Below the pieces are notes generated by a model, which had not been told where the DNA came from, searched no databases, and saw only the letters and a program-made list of their open reading frames with translations. Below, piece by piece: positions 1 to 9,126 of a stretch of DNA of 64,000 nt (its first letter is position 1; each line of letters starts with the position of its first letter). Location: sequence record MK774614.2; one strand, written 5' to 3'. The position numbers and the translations under genes were made by a program.

Positions 1-7
1 GAACGAA

Positions 8-1489
8 TTGAACAAATTGTACGAAGCAATGCTCCTTTCTTGGAACGTCGTGTTTGACAGTGAATACGCGTTGATGTTGTCTATGGGTGGACAAGAACAT
101 CCGGTTAAAGTGGACGATAAAAAGGTCTATCTGCCAACCGCTGATAACCTGGAAGGGATCACCATGGGGAAAGTGTTCTTTCACCCAGCATGTGAATCCA
201 TCATGTCCAAGGAAACCGAGATCTTTAAGGTTATTCGTAAACTGACCTGTGCAAAGATCTATTCCACGTGGCAGCCGATTGCACAAGTCCTCTTTGCTGT
301 AGCCGGTAAAAAGACAGGTAAAACGCTGTCTGATAAAATGATCGAAGTATTGGCGCCGTTTAAGAATGCCAGTAAGGAAGTCAAGCAACAATTGATTGAT
401 CTGATCAAAGGTGTCGGTATCACACTGGACAGTAAAGGGATCGATAACCGTCTTATCTCCTTTAACATGAACAAAGGTGGAAAGGATGAAAACGATCGCC
501 ACATTTATTGGACAGCTACTCCCGTTTACCCTTACTACAATGAGCTGTGTAAATTCATGCTCAAGAACCAAGGTGTCAATGGGGCGGATAAACTGAACTT
601 TAATGGCAGTTCCGTTAGTCGCGATGCATTGATGCTCATGATGCATTTGTTGGAAGTCTGCTTCCCGTCAGCCAGTGATCCTGAAATGCACAGCTGTTAT
701 GTGGTTTCACCCGACGCAGCTCGTCTTACCGCGTACCTGAACTCCTATGTGTTAGTTGCTCGTGGTCTGAACTCCCTGATCGGTAAACACCGTAAAGAGT
801 TTGATTCAGCGGGTCAATACGGGATTGAAGTAGAGTGGTCAGTGGAACTCGATAACCTGGGTTCCCTGAAAGGCCTGATCCCGACCCTGGATTACAATAA
901 CCATAACGTATCTACCAGCCATGAAGAAACCCAATCTAATAATGGTGTTTATAATGGTGTACTCAATACCGTAGGTGGTGGGAATAATGGTGGACAACCT
1001 CAGTCTCAACGGACTGTTGTTAACCCTCCGATTAAACCTGCTCCCCGTGGTAATGAAACCCACATTGGAACCGATTACATCGAGGCCAACGGTCTCTTTG
1101 AATATCGTTACCAAATGCCCAATGGACTGGAGCGTGTGGTGGCTGTTAACGAATCAGGTCAGCTGATCTCTGAAAACATCCGTAACCCGATGGCAAACAA
1201 CATGATGGCTGGAATGCCTAACATGGGAATGCTGGCTGGTAACTTGGATCCGCGTGTTCAAGCGGCACTCCTGCTAGCAGGCGCTGGTAATAGTGGTGTT
1301 CCGCCACTAATGGGGATGGGGAATGGAATGCCCGGCTTTGTACGTGATCCGTACACCGGACAACTGGTCCCTGCTCAGAACAACAATGGTAATGGTTGGG
1401 GAAATACCGCCCCGCAAGCCAACGGCTGGGGTGAACAACAAACCAACCCGATGGATACCATTGGTGGTTTGAACATCAACGGTTTCTAA
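8..1489 (+). CDS. Conserved hypothetical protein at the phiKZ gp70 position, with N/G/M/Q-rich low-complexity C-terminus; probably truncated at the window edge
   Basis: 493-aa ORF whose frame is also open at positions 2-7; lies upstream of the nvRNAP beta C-half gene as gp70 does in phiKZ (synteny only). Confidence 0.6.
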   Translation: MNKLYEAMLLSWNVVFDSEYALMLSMGGQEHPVKVDDKKVYLPTADNLEGITMGKVFFHPACESIMSKETEIFKVIRKLTCAKIYSTWQPIAQVLFAVAGKKTGKTLSDKMIEVLAPFKNASKEVKQQLIDLIKGVGITLDSKGIDNRLISFNMNKGGKDENDRHIYWTATPVYPYYNELCKFMLKNQGVNGADKLNFNGSSVSRDALMLMMHLLEVCFPSASDPEMHSCYVVSPDAARLTAYLNSYVLVARGLNSLIGKHRKEFDSAGQYGIEVEWSVELDNLGSLKGLIPTLDYNNHNVSTSHEETQSNNGVYNGVLNTVGGGNNGGQPQSQRTVVNPPIKPAPRGNETHIGTDYIEANGLFEYRYQMPNGLERVVAVNESGQLISENIRNPMANNMMAGMPNMGMLAGNLDPRVQAALLLAGAGNSGVPPLMGMGNGMPGFVRDPYTGQLVPAQNNNGNGWGNTAPQANGWGEQQTNPMDTIGGLNINGF

Positions 1490-1508
1490 TCACATAACGC
1501 ACATACTC

Positions 1509-1538
1509 GCCAGGGAAACCCAATTGGGTTTCCCTGGC
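1509..1538. terminator. Perfect 30-bp palindrome between convergent genes
   Basis: GCCAGGGAAACCCAATTGGGTTTCCCTGGC. Confidence 0.7.
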
Positions 1539-1552
1539 TTTATGTATACTCT

Positions 1553-1888
1553 TTATTCTCTAACGACTCGACTTACCTGTATGATCGATGTCACCACACT
1601 TTTATCCACTAACCAAATCCCTTTTAAATCAGAAAAGTCTTGATTAGGATTTTCTATCCCATTAATAAACGCATTTACCCAGATCATGTCTTCTGGAATG
1701 CTGGGATTTTCTCCTCCAATAGAACGCAGTAACTTATGGAAATTACCCCGATACGCATGTTTAATGGCCGGATTGTCAAAGGGTGCAAAACTTGCCCTTG
1801 CTAATATCATCTCTTTGCAAGAACGAATCACGACTTTAAATTCATCCGAATAAAAATATTCATTTCCAGGTGTTAATGAAATTGGCAT
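1553..1888 (-). CDS. Hypothetical protein (111 aa)
   Basis: ORF in an otherwise empty gap; ATG at 1888 preceded by GGAG; ends at the palindrome. Confidence 0.65.
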   Translation of the reverse strand: MPISLTPGNEYFYSDEFKVVIRSCKEMILARASFAPFDNPAIKHAYRGNFHKLLRSIGGENPSIPEDMIWVNAFINGIENPNQDFSDLKGIWLVDKSVVTSIIQVSRVVRE

Positions 1889-1931
1889 ATATAACAAACT
1901 CCGTATAATTTTACTGCTCTTATATAAATAC

Positions 1932-1952
1932 AAACCGATATTATCAATATGT
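1932..1952 (+). promoter_or_regulatory. Putative early promoter
   Basis: AAACCGATATTATCAATATGT; same motif at 20263, 52632 and 58068; core resembles the phiKZ early consensus TATATTAC. Confidence 0.6.
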
Positions 1953-1987
1953 ATAGTACAAGAGAGTTATTCAAATAGGATTAATAA

Positions 1988-2050
1988 ATGGACATTGATA
2001 AAGAACTACTTTCGTATGATCCTATTTCAATTATCCTCAAGATTGATTGA
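1988..2050 (+). pseudogene. Relic N-terminus of an HNH homing endonuclease gene
   Basis: MDIDKELLSYDPISIILKID* matches the N-terminus of the 9127 HNH at 13/20 residues; TGA aligns with its TGG; AGGA RBS upstream. Confidence 0.7.
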
Positions 2051-2133
2051 AAAGAAACTCCGAAAGAGAAATACATTTAAACATCAAGTAAAAGGTAGAG
2101 TGCATTTTCTACTTTAACAGGAGAGTACTTGTA

Positions 2134-4248
2134 ATGGCGATTGTAAAGAAGACTCAAATAGCTCAAACCGTTAACCAAGTAACGACAAGAACCAAGGGTG
2201 TTTCTGTTGGGATGAACTCAAACAGAGAGTGCGCTTCGCCCAGTAGGTGTTACATGTTGGGCAAGAATCTTGGTAAGGCAGCAGTGATTCACGGGAACAC
2301 TAACCGTAAATTTCCCTCGGGTGAAGAAGCGGAATACGCCCGTACTGCTCGCAAAATTGAAACCACATCAGACATTCAAATTGAGGGCATCTTCTCTGTT
2401 AAAGATATCCAAAATACCAGCGAACCGATGGAGTGGGGAAACGTTTATCTGATCGTTAAAGATATCGAAACGGGGTATTATGACCTGATCGAAATGACCA
2501 AGTTCAATGCTCAAAACATGGACCTTGGCTTTGAATATCGTTACGATCAAGATCTGCTTCGCAATATCAAAGTGGATGCACGCTTTAAGAAAGGCACTAT
2601 CTTTGCTACCTCTGCTCGGATCACTGAAAGTAATGAGTGGTGTCCTGGGGTAGAGACCCGCGTGGCGCCGATGTCCCATGTCTACACCGAAGAAGATGCG
2701 GTGGTGATCTTTGAAAGTTATGCAAAGAAAATTGGGGTGACCTTTTCCCGAAGTCATGAACATCAATGGAACGAAGAAGACTGGGTTCCACTTAACCTGT
2801 ATGGTACAATCGATCATCCACAGCCTTTCCCACTGAGTGGTGAAAGTGTTCGGCACGATGGGATTGTCATGGGGTTTCGTCGAAAGGATCCCATGGCAGC
2901 GTTGGCTGGTTTGAGTAAGAAAGCACTGATGAATCCGGATCCGGTTTATGACGTACTCTTTTATTCTACTCCCGGTTGCACCGTTGCAGATATTGAAGTT
3001 CAAACCGAGCGGTATAAAAACCAGAGTAATAACCGTAAAGCGGAGAAAGCCACGCAACCTCACACACTGATCTTGGAAAAGATCGAGGAGTCGTATAACA
3101 CGTTTTACAATGATGTATTGCGTTGGTTCCAGCGTAAAAGTTATCAGTACTCGGGTAATGTTCCATTGACCGATCACTTGTGGAACTTCATTATCCGTTG
3201 CAAAGGCGGAGTAACACGTGATTTCCACACTCCGGGAGCGAATGGTAAATTTCATAAAGTTAAACGTAAGATCTACAACATCCCTTTGAAAGACTGGCGT
3301 GTTGTGATCAAACTCAAAGAAAACGTAGAAGGGAAAGTCCGGTTTAAGAACACGGGTATGGATGGTAACAAATCGGTGATCATGAAAATCCTGCCAGATG
3401 AAATGGCACCAGTGGACGATCATGGTAATCGAGCTGAGATGATTGTCGGTAATACACCGGCATTTCGTCGTCAGATTTTGTCATCATTGATAGAGCAAGA
3501 TGTTAACTTTATCAATATCCATCTGTGGCCAAAGATCAAGGCAGCCAAGGAGGCAGGAAATTACAAAGAAGCGTGGGACATTGCACATAAGTTCTACGAT
3601 ACAGTGAATCCGAGTTTTGCAGAACTGGCTGAAAGTCTGAGTGCTGAAGATCGCATGAATCACATCGATTGGATCACCAAAGATGAAAACGAGTTTTGTG
3701 TAAAGGGTTCATCAGGTACAGATATTGTTGGCATGAAAATCGTTGATCGGGTAGAGAAAGCGTACCCGGACATTAAACCAACCCCGGTGACGTATATCAA
3801 CGAATATGGAGAGACAAAACGTACCCGTTATCCAATTGGTATTACGTCGATCTATTATATCATGCTGGACAAGTTTGGTGATGACATCTCTTGCCAATCG
3901 ATGCCCAAACTGAATATCTTTGGGTTACCGACTTCTTTGTCCAAGCACGAGCGAGCAAGAGAGTTTTATCGTGCCACACTTAACCGTAACGTGGGGGAAA
4001 CAGAAGGGCGACTGTTTATCAACCAGAAAGGGGGTGCAGCAGCTGTTCGAGCACTGTCCTTGGCCAACGGTCCAAAGAACCTTGATCGTGCTGTAAAACG
4101 CATCCTACGCAGTCCTAATCCATTTCTGATCGAGCAACTGGTATTACCAGGAGAGGAAAAGGACAACCACTCTATGCAAGTGATCAATAACATCATGAGC
4201 GATTTTGGAGTGAGACTGCGTAAAGAAACGGACAGTGACATTGTGTAG
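2134..4248 (+). CDS. rpoB: Non-virion RNA polymerase beta subunit, C-terminal half (phiKZ gp71-73-like), uninterrupted
   Basis: KNTGMDGNKSVIMKILPDEMAPVDDHGNRAEMIVGNTPAFRRQ corresponds to the beta GRHGNKGVVS..EDMP..G..D motif; upstream of the beta' segment and SF2 helicase. Confidence 0.9.
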   Translation: MAIVKKTQIAQTVNQVTTRTKGVSVGMNSNRECASPSRCYMLGKNLGKAAVIHGNTNRKFPSGEEAEYARTARKIETTSDIQIEGIFSVKDIQNTSEPMEWGNVYLIVKDIETGYYDLIEMTKFNAQNMDLGFEYRYDQDLLRNIKVDARFKKGTIFATSARITESNEWCPGVETRVAPMSHVYTEEDAVVIFESYAKKIGVTFSRSHEHQWNEEDWVPLNLYGTIDHPQPFPLSGESVRHDGIVMGFRRKDPMAALAGLSKKALMNPDPVYDVLFYSTPGCTVADIEVQTERYKNQSNNRKAEKATQPHTLILEKIEESYNTFYNDVLRWFQRKSYQYSGNVPLTDHLWNFIIRCKGGVTRDFHTPGANGKFHKVKRKIYNIPLKDWRVVIKLKENVEGKVRFKNTGMDGNKSVIMKILPDEMAPVDDHGNRAEMIVGNTPAFRRQILSSLIEQDVNFINIHLWPKIKAAKEAGNYKEAWDIAHKFYDTVNPSFAELAESLSAEDRMNHIDWITKDENEFCVKGSSGTDIVGMKIVDRVEKAYPDIKPTPVTYINEYGETKRTRYPIGITSIYYIMLDKFGDDISCQSMPKLNIFGLPTSLSKHERAREFYRATLNRNVGETEGRLFINQKGGAAAVRALSLANGPKNLDRAVKRILRSPNPFLIEQLVLPGEEKDNHSMQVINNIMSDFGVRLRKETDSDIV

Positions 4249-4258
4249 TGAAAATAGA

Positions 4259-4278
4259 AAGGGGAGGAGACTCCCCTT
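4259..4278 (+). terminator. GNRA-loop hairpin after nvRNAP beta
   Basis: AAGGGGAG-GAGA-CTCCCCTT. Confidence 0.5.
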
Positions 4279-4315
4279 ATAATAAACCTACCAAACTTTT
4301 AGTTAAGGGAAAACA

Positions 4316-6334
4316 ATGAAGAAGATTAATCTACGCAATTGGGCTAACCTTGATTTAATCACTGTGCTCAATGACACTGAACGACGTTATAAATGCGAGG
4401 TCACAGATGACCAGGGTCAGAAAGTCATGACTGACTCGTGGCTCCTTGCACTGACGTGGTTCAGTCTTGGGGTTCACAGGGCATTTAATAAGGAACCTTA
4501 TCACATCGATGAGGTGGTGGTACTCAAAAGCGAAGAAGGACGCCAAGCATTTATTGATGATGACAAACTAAAAGGTCCGATTGATCGCTTCTTGGCACGC
4601 TTTATGCCAACTGTAGAAGATCCTGTAACGTACGATCTGATCAAACAACTGATCTTTGTATGGCACAACCAGATCCATAACTACATGTGCGTGAAATCAG
4701 AGACCGGGGTAGTATCTGCCACCTCCTTTGATATCAACCACTGCTACAAGAATCCAAAGATTGCTAGTTTACGTCAACGGGTGAAAACCCGGGAAACCAA
4801 TCTGGCCGACGCCTTGATGGAATTTGAACAGATCATGATGACCGACCCTGATTTTGATCGGTCTGTATTTGGATTGCTGTACCGCACTCGGGCAGTGTCG
4901 AGTGTCCAGTCATTTCAATTGGTCATTGCGCGAGGAGACGTGACTGACCTGAACTCTACCATTTTGCCAAACACCGTACTGGATTCTTACGGAGACGGAA
5001 TTACCAACCTGGCAGATTCCTTGGCAGACAGTAAAGGTGCGGGATTCTCTCTAATCTCTAACGGCTCTGCACTTAAAGACTCCGAATGGTTCCACAAGAA
5101 AGTCCATAACTTGGCTCAGGTTGTCCAAGGAATCAAGTATCAAACCGATTGTGGGTCTACCAAAGGGGTGAAGGTCAAAGTCATTAGTAAGGAGTTTCGC
5201 AGTTCCTTAGCGGGGAAATGGCAGATCCTGGATGACGGTTCTACTCGTTTACTTTATGGAGATGTGTTAAAGGAAATCAAGACAGGTGACTTTGTTAAGA
5301 TCCGATCCATTGCTTGGTGTAACCATGGCCGCACTGGTCGTCCTTGTTCCAAGTGTTTTGGTAAAATGGAATCGTCCGTTCCGTATAACCCCTACACTCA
5401 ACGCGGTGCAGTCCCCGGACTGTTCTACGGCTCTACCTTTGCAGAACCCATTGGTCAGTCTATTCTGAAAACCAAACACCGGATTGGGTCTGCGTCTGCT
5501 AAAGGGTATGTGGTTCATCCCCGAGACGCGGAATATATCAGAACGGATGAGGGCGGGGATTTTATCTACTTTAACGAGGAGATCTTAAATGGGACAGCGG
5601 ATCCTTATTTGATTTTGGATAAGGAAACACAACAGGACTTTTCTGATTACTCCTTTATGGAGTCATTGGATGAACTGGACGTCACCAGACTGAGAACTTA
5701 TGAGAGTATTAAACTCCGAGTTTCTGTCAGCAACCCCATGTTCCCTGAAGTGTTGGCAACCCATTATCCGATCATTGTGACGACAGTTGCGAGTCGTGAC
5801 GCGCGCATGACCAAGACCTTTGTTGAATACCTGATGAGTCAACCAATTGAAGAGGAGGGAAGAACCTACAAAATCTCGCTCAAAGGGTATGATCCACAAG
5901 AACCTGCATTTGAGCTTCCTCAGGTTAACGAGGATTTGGATGCATATCGTAAACGGGTAGAAAGTTTCTTTGCATTTAAAGAACTTCGCCACCGTTGGGA
6001 TTATACCATCACGGAGGAGATCCATGGCGAACTGATGGTGGGGCTTTGGAAAGTGGTAGATGAGAAATACAAGGGAGCGAATATTATTCTCCATGATATT
6101 TTCTTGTTCTCCTCTATGGCCAGAGACCCGGCAAACTTAAACTATGGGCTTCCCGCAGCGGGGGATGAACGGGTAATGATCTCCCTTCATGACGCGGTGA
6201 CACACCGCGGGATGTGTAACGCACTGCTCTACGGGTATCAGGGAGAATCTCTGCTCAATGATCCGTATCGCTTCTTAGTGCAAAACCGTCAAGGTGGTGG
6301 GCTGGAAGCGTTCTGTCAAACACTGGCTGACTAA
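4316..6334 (+). CDS. rpoC: Non-virion RNA polymerase beta' segment (phiKZ gp74-like)
   Basis: TDCGSTKG and IRSIAWCNH...PCSKCFG match the beta' C-terminal Zn site; AEPIGQSILKTKH resembles beta' GEPGTQLTMRTFH. Confidence 0.88.
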   Translation: MKKINLRNWANLDLITVLNDTERRYKCEVTDDQGQKVMTDSWLLALTWFSLGVHRAFNKEPYHIDEVVVLKSEEGRQAFIDDDKLKGPIDRFLARFMPTVEDPVTYDLIKQLIFVWHNQIHNYMCVKSETGVVSATSFDINHCYKNPKIASLRQRVKTRETNLADALMEFEQIMMTDPDFDRSVFGLLYRTRAVSSVQSFQLVIARGDVTDLNSTILPNTVLDSYGDGITNLADSLADSKGAGFSLISNGSALKDSEWFHKKVHNLAQVVQGIKYQTDCGSTKGVKVKVISKEFRSSLAGKWQILDDGSTRLLYGDVLKEIKTGDFVKIRSIAWCNHGRTGRPCSKCFGKMESSVPYNPYTQRGAVPGLFYGSTFAEPIGQSILKTKHRIGSASAKGYVVHPRDAEYIRTDEGGDFIYFNEEILNGTADPYLILDKETQQDFSDYSFMESLDELDVTRLRTYESIKLRVSVSNPMFPEVLATHYPIIVTTVASRDARMTKTFVEYLMSQPIEEEGRTYKISLKGYDPQEPAFELPQVNEDLDAYRKRVESFFAFKELRHRWDYTITEEIHGELMVGLWKVVDEKYKGANIILHDIFLFSSMARDPANLNYGLPAAGDERVMISLHDAVTHRGMCNALLYGYQGESLLNDPYRFLVQNRQGGGLEAFCQTLAD

Positions 6335-6339
6335 TCAAC

Positions 6340-6367
6340 CAATGGGGAGGGGAAACTCTCCCCATTG
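6340..6367 (+). terminator. GAAA-loop hairpin after nvRNAP beta'
   Basis: CAATGGGGAGGG-GAAA stem pairing with CTCTCCCCATTG. Confidence 0.55.
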
Positions 6368-6383
6368 TTACAAGGGGTGTTAA

Positions 6384-6644
6384 GTGGATATTAAAGCGCA
6401 ATTAGATCGAATCGAACAGAAACTGAATCTACTGTTAAGTAAGCACTTGGGATTAGTCAATCAACTTGACGGTTCCCAAAAGGACGCCAGTCATGTTCAT
6501 ACTGGCAATCTTCCACCTTTGAATATTTTCAAGTGCGATCGGTGCGAAGGGGACGAATTAGAAGTGATACCTCATCGAGTTGGCTCAGTGCGGTGTAAAC
6601 GTTGTAAACAATATGTGGTAATTAACACTACGTTATCTGAATAA
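6384..6644 (+). CDS. Small protein with N-terminal coiled coil and CxxC...CxxC zinc ribbon
   Basis: GTG start after AAGGGG RBS; CDRC and CKRC motifs. Confidence 0.7.
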   Translation: MDIKAQLDRIEQKLNLLLSKHLGLVNQLDGSQKDASHVHTGNLPPLNIFKCDRCEGDELEVIPHRVGSVRCKRCKQYVVINTTLSE

Positions 6645-6654
6645 GGATATTGAA

Positions 6655-6990
6655 ATGAAACGTCTTTTCTTAGTTAAAGAAGGTCAAGATCTCCTTCCTT
6701 ATCTGAATCCGACCTTGAACCAAGCGGGTGTCCCTAAAGCTAAGCTTAAGGTATTGAAAGCAGGAACAGATCTGATCCTTTCCTTTAAACAAGGCAAGTG
6801 CTTGATTACTCGGGCAGACATTCGCAAACCGTATCGTCACATGGTGTTCAATATGAATACCCCTATTCCTGACAAAGGACTTTGCCAAATTGAAATCTCA
6901 TGTTTAACCACACAGGGGTTCATTCCCAATTCTGTTGAAGGTTTGGACTGTTTTCAACAACCTGGTTCTGTCAATGTAAAAACAGCATAA
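6655..6990 (+). CDS. Hypothetical protein
   Basis: 111-aa ORF, AAGGA RBS, operon packing. Confidence 0.7.
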   Translation: MKRLFLVKEGQDLLPYLNPTLNQAGVPKAKLKVLKAGTDLILSFKQGKCLITRADIRKPYRHMVFNMNTPIPDKGLCQIEISCLTTQGFIPNSVEGLDCFQQPGSVNVKTA

Positions 6991-7005
6991 TAAAGAGGCT
7001 AAATA

Positions 7006-7389
7006 ATGAAAAAATTCTATTGCTTTACCGCAGGTCAACTTGTTCCTAAATGGGTTGTTGATTTTGTTTCCAAAGACCCAGAATCTGAATTTAATAACAA
7101 GAAAGCCAAGATCAGATTTATCACCAGTTGCATTGGCGTTCGGGACGGTAAGAACCAAGTTAAATTAATGCGACTTAAAAATGACAAAACTCCCGATCAT
7201 CTTCACGCTTATATTCAGATTACCAAAATGACTAACGCTGATGCAGGTGGTGTTGGAAAAGGAGCAGGGATTTCTGTTTGCGGAACCAATCACCAACACA
7301 TCTTTGGAGAAAGTAAGAAATACAACCTTTCTATTGTTAATGGAAAGGAAGTGCTTCAACAAGAAGAGTCTTCTGTTCTGCTATCGTAA
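7006..7389 (+). CDS. Hypothetical protein
   Basis: 127-aa ORF, GAGG RBS, followed by a palindrome. Confidence 0.7.
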   Translation: MKKFYCFTAGQLVPKWVVDFVSKDPESEFNNKKAKIRFITSCIGVRDGKNQVKLMRLKNDKTPDHLHAYIQITKMTNADAGGVGKGAGISVCGTNHQHIFGESKKYNLSIVNGKEVLQQEESSVLLS

Positions 7390-7393
7390 AAAT

Positions 7394-7413
7394 AAGGGAG
7401 AATATTCTCCCTT
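7394..7413. terminator. 20-bp palindrome
   Basis: AAGGGAGAATATTCTCCCTT followed by TT. Confidence 0.55.
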
Positions 7414-7529
7414 TTACAAAGCGGTTTAATATAATACACGAATAGGAATATAATAGAAAGTAATCGTTTGAGCCCGCATGAATGCTGGGTTTGTATTATT
7501 AATTCCTATGTGTTCAGTTGAGGTTTCTT

Positions 7530-9062
7530 ATGAGAACGACGTTGACAGTCTACAAGGCGAGTACATATGTCCGCCTGACGGACTTCAAACCTGAACTCGT
7601 TAGACAAGTATTAAGACCTTTTTGTAAAAGGAACTTCTTTCGATTTCAAAAAGTACCCGGAGAACTCTTTGGGACATTCAAGTGGGAAGTAAAACAAATC
7701 TACGCCCGCTTTAATCACGATCAAACCGAACTTCGTTTCAATCCATCTAAGTTAGAAGAATTGCTTAAACTGATGGAGTCTCAAGGTTATAAAAGAAGTC
7801 GGATAGAGATCAAAGACGAAAAACCCATTAAGGCAAAGAAAGTTTGCATTGAGCTGCTTAATCCTAACATAAAACCTCGCAATGAAATGCAAGAAGAGTA
7901 CTGCGAGTTTATGAGCGGGGAGAAGTCACTTGTTGTAAACAACATGGGAACAGGCCAGGGAAAGACATTTTGCGCTTTATACAGCGCATTAAATCTTGGT
8001 GAACGGATTATTATCACAGCACTTCCAAGATACGTTGATATTTGGATTAAAGCTTTTGGTGAGTTTTATAACATCAAACCTGACGACATTTTGTTAGCAG
8101 ACAGTATTGGTGTTGCAGAAGCTCATGAGTTGGTAAAAAGTGGAAAGGTTGATCCAAAGATCATTATTCTCCCTTTATCCAAAATCGACATCTATCTGAA
8201 GAAATGCAAAGAAGATCCTACCCTTCCAAGTCTTGATCAAGTTTATGCGGACATGGAAATAGGAACACGGATCATTGATGAAGCCCATGAGTCCATTTAT
8301 TCTGTTTATAACAGTTTGATGTATGGAAACGTCAACAAGACGATGATTTTGTCAGCGACCTTAAAGGGCGATGATGAATTCATTAATGGGATTTACTCGC
8401 AGATCTTCCCCCACTCAAGTTACCTAAAACCGCCCGAGTACACAAAGTACATTAAGGTTGTAGCGTATTATCACAAAATGAATTTGTGGCAATACAAAAT
8501 CAACACAAAAGGTTTTGGTGGTTATTCCCATGTCAAGTTTGAGCAAGGTATATTAAAACGCAAAGATGTGTTCGAGCGTTATTATCAAATGCTCAAAGGT
8601 GCCTACGAAATGTATTACATGGAAGGGTACCGGGAAAAACAGAAATCAATGTGGTTCTTTAGTACAACGGAGTTTTGCGAGAAGTTTAATGAACGGTTGT
8701 TGCAAGATTATCCAGATCTTGATTCAATTGTATTTAATTCATTGACAAGCAAAAAGAACCCTACGGCGTACAGAGAACACCAAAATGTGGTGACAACACC
8801 CGGATCGTGTGGGACTGGAAAAGACGTCCCCTACCTCTATGTCGTCTTCTCGCCTATCGCGGTTTCATCTTCACAACGTAATGACCAGATGGTGGGTCGA
8901 ACTCGCCCCATTGATAAATGGTGGCCTGATCTGGATCCCATCTTTGTTTATTTCGTCTGTGTGGATGAACCTAAACAATGCGAATACCATAGAAAACGTA
9001 AAGGAATATTCGAGAAAAAGATGAAAATCTTTGAGCCCATCGACAGTGGAGTTACTGTTTAA
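7530..9062 (+). CDS. Superfamily 2 helicase (phiKZ gp75-like)
   Basis: Motif I MGTGQGKT, motif II IIDEAHE, motif III LSAT, motif VI DQMVGRTR; start taken at ATG 7530 after GAGG. Confidence 0.92.
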   Translation: MRTTLTVYKASTYVRLTDFKPELVRQVLRPFCKRNFFRFQKVPGELFGTFKWEVKQIYARFNHDQTELRFNPSKLEELLKLMESQGYKRSRIEIKDEKPIKAKKVCIELLNPNIKPRNEMQEEYCEFMSGEKSLVVNNMGTGQGKTFCALYSALNLGERIIITALPRYVDIWIKAFGEFYNIKPDDILLADSIGVAEAHELVKSGKVDPKIIILPLSKIDIYLKKCKEDPTLPSLDQVYADMEIGTRIIDEAHESIYSVYNSLMYGNVNKTMILSATLKGDDEFINGIYSQIFPHSSYLKPPEYTKYIKVVAYYHKMNLWQYKINTKGFGGYSHVKFEQGILKRKDVFERYYQMLKGAYEMYYMEGYREKQKSMWFFSTTEFCEKFNERLLQDYPDLDSIVFNSLTSKKNPTAYREHQNVVTTPGSCGTGKDVPYLYVVFSPIAVSSSQRNDQMVGRTRPIDKWWPDLDPIFVYFVCVDEPKQCEYHRKRKGIFEKKMKIFEPIDSGVTV

Positions 9063-9066
9063 CATA
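9000..9066 (+). repeat. Copy 1 of the duplicated helicase 3' end (translated)
   Basis: Encodes KGIFEKKMKIFEPIDSGVTV* plus CATA; repeated at 10154-10220. Confidence 0.95.
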
Positions 9067-9075
9067 TATTAATAT

Positions 9076-9107
9076 GAACCACCAAGAACATGTGTTCTTG
9101 GTGGTTC
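9076..9107. terminator. 15-bp-stem hairpin between helicase and HNH gene
   Basis: GAACCACCAAGAACA-TG-TGTTCTTGGTGGTTC. Confidence 0.6.
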
Positions 9108-9126
9108 AGTCATTGACGGTGAACTT

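Noticed and set aside
2368-3423. 351-aa antisense ORF in nvRNAP beta, and similar shadow ORFs (15769-16638, 839-1114, 29579-30046, 54534-55142)
   Set aside because: Largely or fully overlap well-supported genes on the other strand; no supporting motifs.
2134-6334. Group I intron or intein in the nvRNAP genes, as in phiKZ and PhiPA3
   Set aside because: Both ORFs are continuous and of expected length, with no embedded nuclease or intein motifs seen.
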